64,000 nt of DNA from a virus, in the IMG/VR virus record IMGVR_UViG_3300020424_000652; one strand, 5' to 3'. The stretch's first letter is position 1, and each line of letters opens with the position of its first letter. Below are positions 41,090 through 49,864 of the stretch, one piece after another. The translations under genes were made by a program, and so were the position numbers. A model generated the notes under the pieces. That model made no database searches. It saw nothing but the letters and a program-made list of their open reading frames with translations, and was not told the origin of the DNA.

Positions 41090-42552
41090 TGAAAGACTGG
41101 AACAGTTTAACACACGATAGATACTATGAGGATCATCAATCAAATAATCAAGTAGGCATAGGCATACTTAATATTTCAAGAGATATAAAAAATGAATTTG
41201 TAAGTAAACGTTGTTTAGAAATGACTTACTTTTACATCAATAGAATGATGAAAATGAAAGTTGCAGATTACGTTGGCAGTTGGCACAAGGTTGAAAACAT
41301 TCTCGAAAACAGTCTTGCAAAAGGACATGAATATTGTATAGTGGCCGCACAAGGATTGTTGCTTTATAGGGGTCCTAATCTAGTAGAACAAAGTTTAAAA
41401 TATGCAAAAGAAAATCCTAACTTCTTTGTTTGTGGACACATCATGGACAAAAAAGGACAAAATCATTATGCAACCAAAGGAGCATATCCTGGTTTGCATA
41501 GGCAGTATCTTTTTGTTAATCTAAAAGTTTGGGAGCAACTTGGCAAACCTCCTTTTGATGAACTAGGAATATTTAGAGACAGAATGCCTAAGTTACAAAA
41601 TTTTAAATTAAGTGAAGAAAAGATTCATGCTGAATATACACCTGCTTGGATTGATACTGCTGAGGGAGAAAAACATTGGACAAAAACATCAGACGGTAGT
41701 AATTGGATTGATATTGCTTTAAGGTCAAATATCAAAATTGATAATCTAACAAATGACATGAGGGCTTGTAAAGTATTTCTTTATCCATATAACAAATCAG
41801 ACATTCTTTCAAAGAGCTGGATACAAAAAGATTATTGGCAAGTTGAAGAATTAAATTATAATCAAAAGGCTTGGTTACGTAAATTAGACCAACAGGAAAA
41901 GATAGAAAAGGATCGTGTTTATGCTTTTAATACAGAAACTTTATCTGGCGAAGGTAAACGCACAGAAAACATTGATCATTTGTTTAGTGTGGCCGCTGGA
42001 TTCAAACCTTTGTCTATATTAAACACAAATGGATTCAATGATAACACAAAAATACATTACTTTGATTGGTGCGATGCAAGTTTATTATATAAAAGAGACC
42101 TTATAGAAACGTGGAATGGGGTCGATTTACACCTGTGGCTGTTGGAACATGATCTAAAGTATAACTTTGCCTCAACGTATAGAGGCAATTACGAGCCATT
42201 TTGGCAACAAGAATTACAAGACTTTGGTGGTGCTGAAGCATTTAAAAAACTATGGGATAGGTATGTAAACCTTGAACACAATTATTACAAAATAGATATT
42301 GTAAACGAACCAACAAACCTTTTTAATATTATCAAAGCACAGGAAGGCAACAAAGTTTTATGGACTACCAATGTATGGTCAAGTGAAATGTTGCATTGGA
42401 ATCAAGGTCCAGATCAACTTAAAATCAAATGGAACAAATTTAAAAGTTTGGTACCTGATGATTTAATTTTGTATGGTGATGATTATTGTGCTATTGATAT
42501 GCGTCAAAGCATACGTGACAATTTAAATATAAGTTATCCTGAATTTAATTAG
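41089..42552 (+). CDS. Hypothetical protein (last gene of the island)
   Basis: Long ORF, ATG 41089 via TAATG coupling; no confident family assignment. Confidence 0.7.
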   Translation: MKDWNSLTHDRYYEDHQSNNQVGIGILNISRDIKNEFVSKRCLEMTYFYINRMMKMKVADYVGSWHKVENILENSLAKGHEYCIVAAQGLLLYRGPNLVEQSLKYAKENPNFFVCGHIMDKKGQNHYATKGAYPGLHRQYLFVNLKVWEQLGKPPFDELGIFRDRMPKLQNFKLSEEKIHAEYTPAWIDTAEGEKHWTKTSDGSNWIDIALRSNIKIDNLTNDMRACKVFLYPYNKSDILSKSWIQKDYWQVEELNYNQKAWLRKLDQQEKIEKDRVYAFNTETLSGEGKRTENIDHLFSVAAGFKPLSILNTNGFNDNTKIHYFDWCDASLLYKRDLIETWNGVDLHLWLLEHDLKYNFASTYRGNYEPFWQQELQDFGGAEAFKKLWDRYVNLEHNYYKIDIVNEPTNLFNIIKAQEGNKVLWTTNVWSSEMLHWNQGPDQLKIKWNKFKSLVPDDLILYGDDYCAIDMRQSIRDNLNISYPEFN

Positions 42553-43913
42553 TGTAAGTCTACCCAGCTAACACCAGTACGTACTTGAAGTTTGTTTGAG
42601 GTTGTGTTGTAGATAACCATACCAGCACTTACTGAACTTAATGCGTCTCTTTGCACTTCTGTTAGGTTAGCAAATTTTACTGTACTTGAGAATATTGCAT
42701 CTCCGTCAACATCTAGCACGGCAGTTGCAGTTTGTTTGTTTACACCTAATCTACCTTGTGAATCAAATGTTAAGTATTTTAGATCTGGTGATGAGTTTGA
42801 ACCTGCTTGGGTTACAACCTCCATTTTACCTTTCATTGTGTCTGTGCCAATTGGTGAGTTATTTGGATCTACTCTCCAAGCAATACCACCTGACTCAACA
42901 ATGTTAGTTGTGCCTGTGTCATAACCTTGGAAACTTAACTTACCAATGTATTGACCAGCCACCATTGCATTTGGTGTTACTAAATTATCTTTGAATCCTC
43001 TGAATACTAATGCAGTTAATGGATCAAAGGAACTGTTTGTCTTACCAAATATTTTTAAAGCACTACCACCTGCTGAGTTATCATTGATTGTCATTGTGGT
43101 TGGTACACCAGCTGTCTTGCTTGATATAAAGAAGTCAGCCTGTAGTGCTGATAGTGTATCACTGTTGATACTAATTAATCCGTTGTCTAATCTTACAGTA
43201 CTGTTGACAGCATCAACTAATATTGTTGAATCATCACCTGCTATCGTACCTTTGAAGTTTCCTGTTATACTTCCAGCAGTTATACTTGGAGCCGCAACTG
43301 CTCCAGTAAATGTTGCCGCACCTGCATTGATTTCTTTTGATGTTGCATTAAAGAAACTTGTATTATCAGTTGCCTTAACATCACCTTTAAATGTACCTGA
43401 AGCATTAATGGCTCCAGTTGCCTTGTTTACTATTACAGTTGAATCATCACCAATTATATTTGCATTTACACTTCCAGCATCAAGTGTATCTGTAATGTGT
43501 AAAGATCCAAAGTAACCTTGGTTCCATCTTAATGTTGCAGATCCAACATTTCTTGCACTATCAACATCTGGTAAAATGTGTGATTCTACTTTTGCAGTTA
43601 AATTTAATGTATCAGAGCTGGCGTCACCTACTGTTAAATTACCGCCTAAAGTTAAGTTTCCATCAGCAGTAATATTACCTGTTACTGTGATATTTCCAGT
43701 TGTGTTGATGTTACCTGTACCAACTAAATCAAAATTGTTAAGTGAAAGATTTGACCCTAATGCGGCGCCGGCTGTATCAACAGGATTACCACCCTGTGTA
43801 GTTCCGTCTCCAACAAATAGCTTTTTGGTGTCTGTAGTATAGATCAATTCACCATCTGCTGGTGTAATTAATGCTCTTTGTGAGTCTGTTCCTCTTCTTA
43901 ATTTTAACGCCAT
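42549..43913 (-). CDS. Tail fibre-like protein with Mtd/hyaluronidase-type N-terminal module
   Basis: MALKLRRGT...GELIYTTDTKKLFVGDG N-terminus; repeated 'IIGDDSTVIV/IAGDDSTILV'; C-terminal 'AGMVIYNTTSNKLQV..G..WVDL'. Confidence 0.75.
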   Translation of the reverse strand: MALKLRRGTDSQRALITPADGELIYTTDTKKLFVGDGTTQGGNPVDTAGAALGSNLSLNNFDLVGTGNINTTGNITVTGNITADGNLTLGGNLTVGDASSDTLNLTAKVESHILPDVDSARNVGSATLRWNQGYFGSLHITDTLDAGSVNANIIGDDSTVIVNKATGAINASGTFKGDVKATDNTSFFNATSKEINAGAATFTGAVAAPSITAGSITGNFKGTIAGDDSTILVDAVNSTVRLDNGLISINSDTLSALQADFFISSKTAGVPTTMTINDNSAGGSALKIFGKTNSSFDPLTALVFRGFKDNLVTPNAMVAGQYIGKLSFQGYDTGTTNIVESGGIAWRVDPNNSPIGTDTMKGKMEVVTQAGSNSSPDLKYLTFDSQGRLGVNKQTATAVLDVDGDAIFSSTVKFANLTEVQRDALSSVSAGMVIYNTTSNKLQVRTGVSWVDLH

Positions 43914-43941
43914 TTATTACATCTCCTGGATCTGTTATATG

Positions 43942-43949
43942 TATTTATA
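43942..43949 (-). promoter_or_regulatory. T4-type late promoter TATAAATA
   Basis: Exact TATAAATA upstream of the AGGAG RBS and start of the 43913 fibre gene. Confidence 0.65.
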
Positions 43950-43962
43950 CCAAATAAGCATT

Positions 43963-44289
43963 TTACTTGCGGCGTTTTAGAAAGCGATTCGTGGACTTCT
44001 GTACGTCTTTTTTGACCCTATCAGTGTCTAGTTTAAAGTCCACGTGCTTGATACTGCTATCATACGTATGAAACAGTTCTCTGAGTGTTTTTTCTAGTTG
44101 TTTAGCAGGGTTCTTATTAACGTCTACTGCTATGTCCCATTGTTTACCGTTATTAAAACGCACCCTTAAAGAGTGTAAGTACTCTAGCGGTATTGCTCGA
44201 ACATCAACGTCCCCGAATACATCGGGCCATTTGTTTACAACTTCTGGTGGAAGGCTTTTTGTTTTACGCCTTGCCACTGGATTTCCCAC
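43963..44289 (-). CDS. Hypothetical protein
   Basis: ORF in a coupled minus-strand run; start uncertain. Confidence 0.65.
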   Translation of the reverse strand: MGNPVARRKTKSLPPEVVNKWPDVFGDVDVRAIPLEYLHSLRVRFNNGKQWDIAVDVNKNPAKQLEKTLRELFHTYDSSIKHVDFKLDTDRVKKDVQKSTNRFLKRRK

Positions 44290-44866
44290 TTTTACTTGGG
44301 TCTAAATCCTCGGCCTGCTTTCGCAATTCAGTTGCTTCTTTAAACAGTCTATCAGCATCTGCTCTCATATTGTTTGCAAGTTGCTGATCTGTAAGCGGTT
44401 GTTCTTTTGCCGCTTCTACAGTTGCACTTGCTTCACCTGATGGAACAGTTTCAGCAGTAGCTATTGTGTCAACTGAACTTCCTCCAACTGCCAAATCAGC
44501 TACACCTACTCCTTTTTGTTCAGCGATCATTTTGTTAAGCTCGTCTAAACTTATTGTGGATGCGGTGTCTGGTGTCATTTCAACATCACTTGTAGATACT
44601 TTAGTTAGTTTACCAGTAAGATGGAATGAGTTTAACATCATGCTACCATCACCTAGTGGTGTTCTTTGCATCGCATCAGCAAGTTCGTCAGCTGTCTGTC
44701 CAGTGTTGCTTTCGATCAATGTCATTAATTTGTCATGATCAGCATCTTTGATATTTTCAGTTTGAACAACCAATGCACTATGTGGATCACCTGGTATTGT
44801 TCTGAAAACGACAGCAACTTTTCTTCCTGTCTCTTTCATTCTTCCTATGTGCTTCATATTAGCCAT
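44264..44866 (-). CDS. Hypothetical protein
   Basis: 200 aa, AGGAG RBS, coiled-coil-like C-terminus. Confidence 0.7.
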   Translation of the reverse strand: MANMKHIGRMKETGRKVAVVFRTIPGDPHSALVVQTENIKDADHDKLMTLIESNTGQTADELADAMQRTPLGDGSMMLNSFHLTGKLTKVSTSDVEMTPDTASTISLDELNKMIAEQKGVGVADLAVGGSSVDTIATAETVPSGEASATVEAAKEQPLTDQQLANNMRADADRLFKEATELRKQAEDLDPSKSGKSSGKA

Positions 44867-45182
44867 TTGCTTTGTCTCCTTCAGTAGGAGCAGTTGCTGG
44901 CGCAGGTGCGTCAGGTTGCTTTGCTACTTGTTGGTTTTGAATTGAAGTTAAAAAGGTATCTAACTTATTAAAAGTCTTACCTACTGCTTCAAGTTCGTTG
45001 GCTTTGAAAGCCCCACGACTTTGTGCAACTTCAATAATAGTTTTTATAACACCAAGGTCTTGAACTGTTAGTTCAGTTGCCTGCGGTGCTTGTCCCGTCT
45101 TTGCATCACCCGTCGGTGCGGCCATAGTCGGTTGTGCCGGCTCAGTTACTGGAGCCTGTGCAGTTTTGTTTTCATCTGACAT
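44859..45182 (-). CDS. Hypothetical protein
   Basis: AGGAG RBS; A/P/T-rich termini around a helical core. Confidence 0.7.
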   Translation of the reverse strand: MSDENKTAQAPVTEPAQPTMAAPTGDAKTGQAPQATELTVQDLGVIKTIIEVAQSRGAFKANELEAVGKTFNKLDTFLTSIQNQQVAKQPDAPAPATAPTEGDKANG

Positions 45183-45230
45183 TTATGTCTCCTATTATAA
45201 TAGTATAATTATATACCTACTTAATACTTA

Positions 45231-45497
45231 TTAATACTTCAAATGTGGACAGGCTAACATGAAATATGAAAGCTCTCTTTCATTTTCAAAACCAATCCTC
45301 ATTTGGTTTTTATATTGGTTTTTGGAATCCAATACCATTGTTTTGCCTATGTGATATCTGCCTTTAAGATTTCCTTCAATCCATTTTCTCATTGAATCTT
45401 CTAGATTGTATTGTTGTTCTATTTCAATATATTCAAAATGTGGTGCCTGATACTTGACCTCACGAAGTCCAAAAAAGTTTAGTGCATTTGGTTTCAT
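45231..45497 (-). CDS. Hypothetical protein
   Basis: 88-aa ORF. Confidence 0.65.
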   Translation of the reverse strand: MKPNALNFFGLREVKYQAPHFEYIEIEQQYNLEDSMRKWIEGNLKGRYHIGKTMVLDSKNQYKNQMRIGFENERELSYFMLACPHLKY

Positions 45498-45498
45498 A

Positions 45499-45576
45499 TT
45501 AAAATACCAATACGTTAATGATTATTAAAGAAACAATCAAGAGTGCCGTGTAGTCCCAATATGGAAATTGATCCAT
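45499..45576 (-). CDS. 25-aa membrane microprotein (not in track)
   Basis: MDQFPYWDYTALLIVSLIIINVLVF; TAATG-coupled to the upstream gene and exactly fills the gap. Confidence 0.45.
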   Translation of the reverse strand: MDQFPYWDYTALLIVSLIIINVLVF

Positions 45577-46883
45577 TAAGCCCTCTTCTTCTCGTCATAA
45601 TGACAAGTGATACCAAATGGTGCCTGTAAGTTCTTGTCATGATTTGAATGAATTACAAATACTGTATCACAGTAATTATCATCACCCCAGCTATCCCAAG
45701 GATAACCATCTGTAAACATTATGAACCTTTTAGGAAGTATATCATTTTCTTTCATGTATTCCCAGTTGGCATTAAAGTCTGTACCACCGCCACCAGTAAC
45801 TTTGTATTCACTCAGTTCACTTCCGTTGTCGGCAGTAAAATCTTGTTCATTGTAAACGGCTGTATCAAAGCACCATAATTTAATGTTATAGTCTTTGTAC
45901 TCTTGCATGATACCTTGTACTTCACCTAAGAAGTCTTCAGCTTGTTCGTTACCAATTGAACCTGACATATCAATTGCAATACAAATATCAATAGTTTCGT
46001 CAAACTGCATACCAGGAAGGATTGCACCAGTGTGCCAACCTCTTCTGCTAGGACGAGCAAAACTGTAATCATTTCTGATTGTACTTTGTATTTGTTGTCT
46101 AAGTATTTCTCTCCAATTCATCTTTGGTTCAGTAAGATTCTTAATCATTCTTTCAATTTCTTTAGGAGTCTTACCTGCACCAGCGGCCTGTGCCGCAGAC
46201 ATCATGTTCTCTTTTATTTCATCTCTAATCTTAGAAAGTTCTTCTTTGCTATAAGACGGCTTACTACTCTTGCCATCTTTACTACCAGACTTGCTTTGAC
46301 CATCACCTTTTTCCCAATCAATGTGTTCGTCAAGTAGTTTACCTAATTGTTTTAATTCTTCTTTGTCAGCTTTCTTGTAAAGCTCATCATATACTGCTTC
46401 TGAAGTCCAACCTTCATATTTAAAGTCTTGGTATATAGGAATATCTGCAGGTTTTTCACCTATGCCGTCTCTTACAAGTGTATTGTTTACGATATAGTCT
46501 GCGGCAATGTTATGAAGCATAGCATCTCTATCTTCACGTCTTGTCATATGGTCATATACACAATGAAGTATCTCATGTGCAATTACAAATTCAACTTCTT
46601 TGTTAGACATCTTTGCAAAGAATGGAACACTATAAAACAAGTGTCTACCATCTGTTGCGGCAGTAGGACACCAATCTGTTGCTTCTTTAATAACAAGCCT
46701 TGTAGCCATGTTACCAAAGAAAGGATGTCTAAGTAATAGTCCTACCCTTGCTACAATAATTTTATCTAAAACTTCTGCTCTTAGTTCGTCAGTAATTTCA
46801 ACTTCTGGGGCATTTTTAATCTCTTCCCATCTGTCTAATACTTCTTGTTCTTTTGTTGATATATTAGTTGTCATTTGTGCCAT
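45576..46883 (-). CDS. VWA-like domain protein with N-terminal HExxH metallopeptidase domain (DUF2201-type)
   Basis: TAATDG, AHEILH, MIDAS-like IDMSGSI, GGGGTDF, FTDGY. Confidence 0.85.
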   Translation of the reverse strand: MAQMTTNISTKEQEVLDRWEEIKNAPEVEITDELRAEVLDKIIVARVGLLLRHPFFGNMATRLVIKEATDWCPTAATDGRHLFYSVPFFAKMSNKEVEFVIAHEILHCVYDHMTRREDRDAMLHNIAADYIVNNTLVRDGIGEKPADIPIYQDFKYEGWTSEAVYDELYKKADKEELKQLGKLLDEHIDWEKGDGQSKSGSKDGKSSKPSYSKEELSKIRDEIKENMMSAAQAAGAGKTPKEIERMIKNLTEPKMNWREILRQQIQSTIRNDYSFARPSRRGWHTGAILPGMQFDETIDICIAIDMSGSIGNEQAEDFLGEVQGIMQEYKDYNIKLWCFDTAVYNEQDFTADNGSELSEYKVTGGGGTDFNANWEYMKENDILPKRFIMFTDGYPWDSWGDDNYCDTVFVIHSNHDKNLQAPFGITCHYDEKKRA

Positions 46884-46906
46884 CTTTTCCTAATTGTTAT
46901 AATACT

Positions 46907-46935
46907 ATTATATGATATTTAATTGAGTTTGTCAA
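46907..46935 (-). promoter_or_regulatory. Consensus sigma70 promoter
   Basis: TTGACA-17 nt-TATAAT upstream of the 46883 start. Confidence 0.85.
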
Positions 46936-46937
46936 CC

Positions 46938-46970
46938 AAAAAGAGTGGGGGAAAACCGAAATTTTCCCCC
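46938..46970 (-). terminator. Rho-independent terminator after the AAA ATPase gene
   Basis: GGGGGAAAAT-TTCG-GTTTTCCCCC hairpin (UUCG loop) followed by ACTC-TTTTT. Confidence 0.75.
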
Positions 46971-46990
46971 TAGTATTCCAAAATATTGGA

Positions 46991-48076
46991 TTACTTCTCC
47001 TGTGCGGCTTTAATATATTTGCCATATTTTTCATGGAACTCATCAAAGCACTCAACCTCATCTGGGTCGATTGGAAGTTGATATTGTGTAAGAGCTAACT
47101 TGATACCCATAACAACTAGTTCAGTATCAAAGTTGTCCATCGCAAAACGTAAAAAGTTATTGACTTTGTCATCAAACTTCTTATCGCTCTTATCACTGGC
47201 TTCCTTCAGCTCGTAACATAAAGATACAGTTAAGGAATACATGGCACTGATTTCTTTTGTATCTAAAGTTTTAACCTTACCAGCCAATACATCAGATGGA
47301 TTAGGTAATTGAGCTGACACTTTTCTGTGTGCCATAAATTTAACGGCAAGTCCTTCGCCGACTGAACCACTAACAAGATCTGTTGTGGTTGCTTCATCGT
47401 CATCATCTTCCAAAAGCTCGGAAACAAATGACCATGAACGAGGTGTTGCAAAAGATCTACTTGGACTCTTAGGATCAAAGTCATACAAGTCTTTCTTTGC
47501 AAAAGTCAAGTAACCTACTACATCCTCATGGATGCTATTCTTAACTGCCCAGCTAAACCAATCATCAAAGTCCACTTTCAATTCTAAGTGTACAAATCTG
47601 TTTGCCAACGGAGCAGGCATTCTGTAAGTTACACCTTTATCTGCTTCTCTGTTACCAGCGGCAACAATCAAAACATTGTCAGGTAATTTATATGTACCAA
47701 CCTTCCTGTTAAGGATAAGTTGATATGCCGCGGCCTGTACTGCCGGAGCGGCTGAATTCATTTCATCTAAGAACAATACAATCTTCTTGTACTTCTTAGC
47801 CATTTTAGCATCTGGCAATTCTGCCGGAGGTGCCCATTTCATTGTGTTATCGTTTGCCGCATAATAAGGAACACCTTTAATATCTGTTGGTTCCCATAAT
47901 GACAAACGAACGTCAATCATATATGCGTCAATGTCTTCACTAATCTGTGAAACAATGTCGGACTTACCAATACCTGGAGGTCCCCATATAAAGATTGGTC
48001 TTTGTTTATTGAATGCCCTTAGGATGCTTTTCTTTGCATTGTTTGGGCTAACTTGTCTTACTGCGATGTTTTCCAC
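46991..48076 (-). CDS. MoxR/AAA_5-type AAA+ ATPase
   Basis: Walker A GPPGIGKS, Walker B LFLDE, AAGN, PLANRF, TPRSW; AAGGAG RBS with GTG start. Confidence 0.9.
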   Translation of the reverse strand: MENIAVRQVSPNNAKKSILRAFNKQRPIFIWGPPGIGKSDIVSQISEDIDAYMIDVRLSLWEPTDIKGVPYYAANDNTMKWAPPAELPDAKMAKKYKKIVLFLDEMNSAAPAVQAAAYQLILNRKVGTYKLPDNVLIVAAGNREADKGVTYRMPAPLANRFVHLELKVDFDDWFSWAVKNSIHEDVVGYLTFAKKDLYDFDPKSPSRSFATPRSWSFVSELLEDDDDEATTTDLVSGSVGEGLAVKFMAHRKVSAQLPNPSDVLAGKVKTLDTKEISAMYSLTVSLCYELKEASDKSDKKFDDKVNNFLRFAMDNFDTELVVMGIKLALTQYQLPIDPDEVECFDEFHEKYGKYIKAAQEK

Positions 48077-48132
48077 TTTGTACTCCTTTGTTTAGTTTTT
48101 CAGTGCCATACTTTATTTCTAAGTATGTATAT

Positions 48133-48161
48133 ATAATAGCACCTATTACTCAAAAGGTCAA
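48133..48161 (-). promoter_or_regulatory. sigma70-type promoter
   Basis: TTGACC-17 nt-TATTAT with extended -10 TG, upstream of the AAA gene. Confidence 0.7.
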
Positions 48162-48202
48162 CCGGAAAATGTATTATTTTACCAAAAAAGAATCCAATAA
48201 AA

Positions 48203-48598
48203 TCAAGGGTTTACTGATTCATCTGTCCGTTTTAATGCTTTAGCCAATCCATATTTACGAACATCGCCACTGAAAAGATGCAGTTCGAGTGCCTTCTTTT
48301 CATTCGTTACAGTCAATCCCTTGTTTGTTAGGAAGTATGGACAGTCAATAAACTTGTCCAAAAATATTACAACCTGGGTTGTAATTTTAAAATCTGGTGG
48401 AAAAGGAATATCATATGTTGCAAGTTCTATTTTTTCCATTAAGAATAACAGACCCGCTTCAGTAAGACGCAAACCACCACTGTCTTTTTCTCTGGTATTC
48501 TGCCACCATACTGGCATATATTCTGCAAGGGAACTTTCGCTTATTGCAATACCGGCCTGTTTCAAGAATACCTTGGTATAGGTTTCTTTCCAGTTCAT
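48203..48598 (-). CDS. Hypothetical protein
   Basis: 131-aa ORF, TAATG-coupled. Confidence 0.7.
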   Translation of the reverse strand: MNWKETYTKVFLKQAGIAISESSLAEYMPVWWQNTREKDSGGLRLTEAGLLFLMEKIELATYDIPFPPDFKITTQVVIFLDKFIDCPYFLTNKGLTVTNEKKALELHLFSGDVRKYGLAKALKRTDESVNP

Positions 48599-48888
48599 TA
48601 TTCTTCCTTAACTGTTTCGCCGGATGTGAGCTTAACTACTGTGAAATCTTTGACATCAAACAATTCATTTAATTTGTTTGCTAGATTAAAAGCATGACCT
48701 GGGTTTGAAAATGACACTTTTTTATATTTAGGTCCTGGATAGTTTGTCAGTGTGTTAGAGCTTTTTAAATTAAAAGGTTTATCCTTATAAAATACTGCCC
48801 AAATGGCTTCCGCATCAAGTACCTGTTCGGACTTGTAAGTTTTTCTATTAATGTTTTCTAAAACAACTGTTGGTTTAGGTCTACTCAT
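48598..48888 (-). CDS. Hypothetical protein
   Basis: 96-aa ORF, AAGGA RBS, ATAAATA (-) at 48908-48914. Confidence 0.7.
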   Translation of the reverse strand: MSRPKPTVVLENINRKTYKSEQVLDAEAIWAVFYKDKPFNLKSSNTLTNYPGPKYKKVSFSNPGHAFNLANKLNELFDVKDFTVVKLTSGETVKEE

Positions 48889-48953
48889 ATTAACTTCCTT
48901 ATACTAATATTTATCTCAGTAAAGGAGTAATATACGTAGTTTATTGGATTATG

Positions 48954-49196
48954 CTACCAGCTCTTACCACCATCTACGGTAACACTAACAACTTCTTCAG
49001 TATTATTTTGCTTGTCTACTAGCTTTTCAAGATCACCATGTAATCTTGACATTACACCTGCTAGTGTAAAAGCTAGGTTTTTAGCTTCTACAAGCGTCAT
49101 ACGTACTTCTTGTTGGTTAGTGCTATCTGCAACTTTAACTTTATCAATGTATTGTTGCAAAGGGATAGTGTTTAAAGGTTTAACGTCTGTTGACAT
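48954..49196 (-). CDS. Hypothetical protein
   Basis: 80 aa, GGAG RBS. Confidence 0.65.
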   Translation of the reverse strand: MSTDVKPLNTIPLQQYIDKVKVADSTNQQEVRMTLVEAKNLAFTLAGVMSRLHGDLEKLVDKQNNTEEVVSVTVDGGKSW

Positions 49197-49662
49197 TACT
49201 TAACTCCGCTCTCATTTCTAGCTCTGTTTTAAATGGCCCTTTGTGTTCATACTTTTCAAGTGTAACTAATTTAGGGCAAAAACTTTTTACCCAACCTTTT
49301 TCAAAGTGAATACAAAAATAACCTGCACAATATAAACTTTTAGACTTTTTACTTTTTGTAAACAATGCAAATTTTCTTTTTAAATCAAACATAGCATTAT
49401 AAGGATTAGTTGATGTTGGCAAGTCATATATTTCTTTGCTTGGACTTGACTTATCTGAAATACTACCCTTGGACCAAAGTATGTTTCCTAGGTCACGTTC
49501 TACTGTGTTCTTGCTGTCATAAAACCATGAACCATCTTTACAGGAATACATATATCTATTATCCGTATCTTTTGATAATGTTCCTACCTTTTCTTTTGTA
49601 TCTTTATCTTCAATGATCCAAAACTTGTTTTTTAATATTTCGTTTGCTTTTAAAGATGTCAT
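49180..49662 (-). CDS. Hypothetical protein
   Basis: 160 aa, AGGAAGG RBS. Confidence 0.7.
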   Translation of the reverse strand: MTSLKANEILKNKFWIIEDKDTKEKVGTLSKDTDNRYMYSCKDGSWFYDSKNTVERDLGNILWSKGSISDKSSPSKEIYDLPTSTNPYNAMFDLKRKFALFTKSKKSKSLYCAGYFCIHFEKGWVKSFCPKLVTLEKYEHKGPFKTELEMRAELSNVNRR

Positions 49663-49672
49663 ATGTACCTTC

Positions 49673-49864
49673 CTATATTAACGGTAATGTTTTTAATTCA
49701 AAGCCTAACATCATCATTATGTTTGATATTACTTCAAATTGTGAATCTAATATTATCCTTATATCTGTTACTTCCTTTAACAAATATGCGTTCGCACCTA
49801 AACTAAAAAGCAATCCTACTGTAATAACACCTAATAACAATAAAATCTTTTTATCTAGTTTCAT
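49673..49864 (-). CDS. Small membrane-anchored protein
   Basis: N-terminal hydrophobic helix; ATGA coupling. Confidence 0.55.
   Translation of the reverse strand: MKLDKKILLLLGVITVGLLFSLGANAYLLKEVTDIRIILDSQFEVISNIMMMLGFELKTLPLI

Noticed and set aside
15539-42552. Bacterial chromosomal LPS/capsule locus or chimeric assembly
   Set aside because: No wzx/wzy/ABC export or housekeeping genes; the island is contiguous with phage structural genes, of similar composition by eye, and shares the TAAATA motifs
42549-43913. Diversity-generating retroelement target (Mtd-like N-terminus)
   Set aside because: No reverse transcriptase, template/variable repeat pair or C-type-lectin tip is visible in the window
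48083-48127. preQ1-I riboswitch (stem-loop plus AAAAACTAA tail)
   Set aside because: Lacks the ligand-binding C before the 3' stem strand and the correct linker, and precedes an AAA ATPase rather than a que gene
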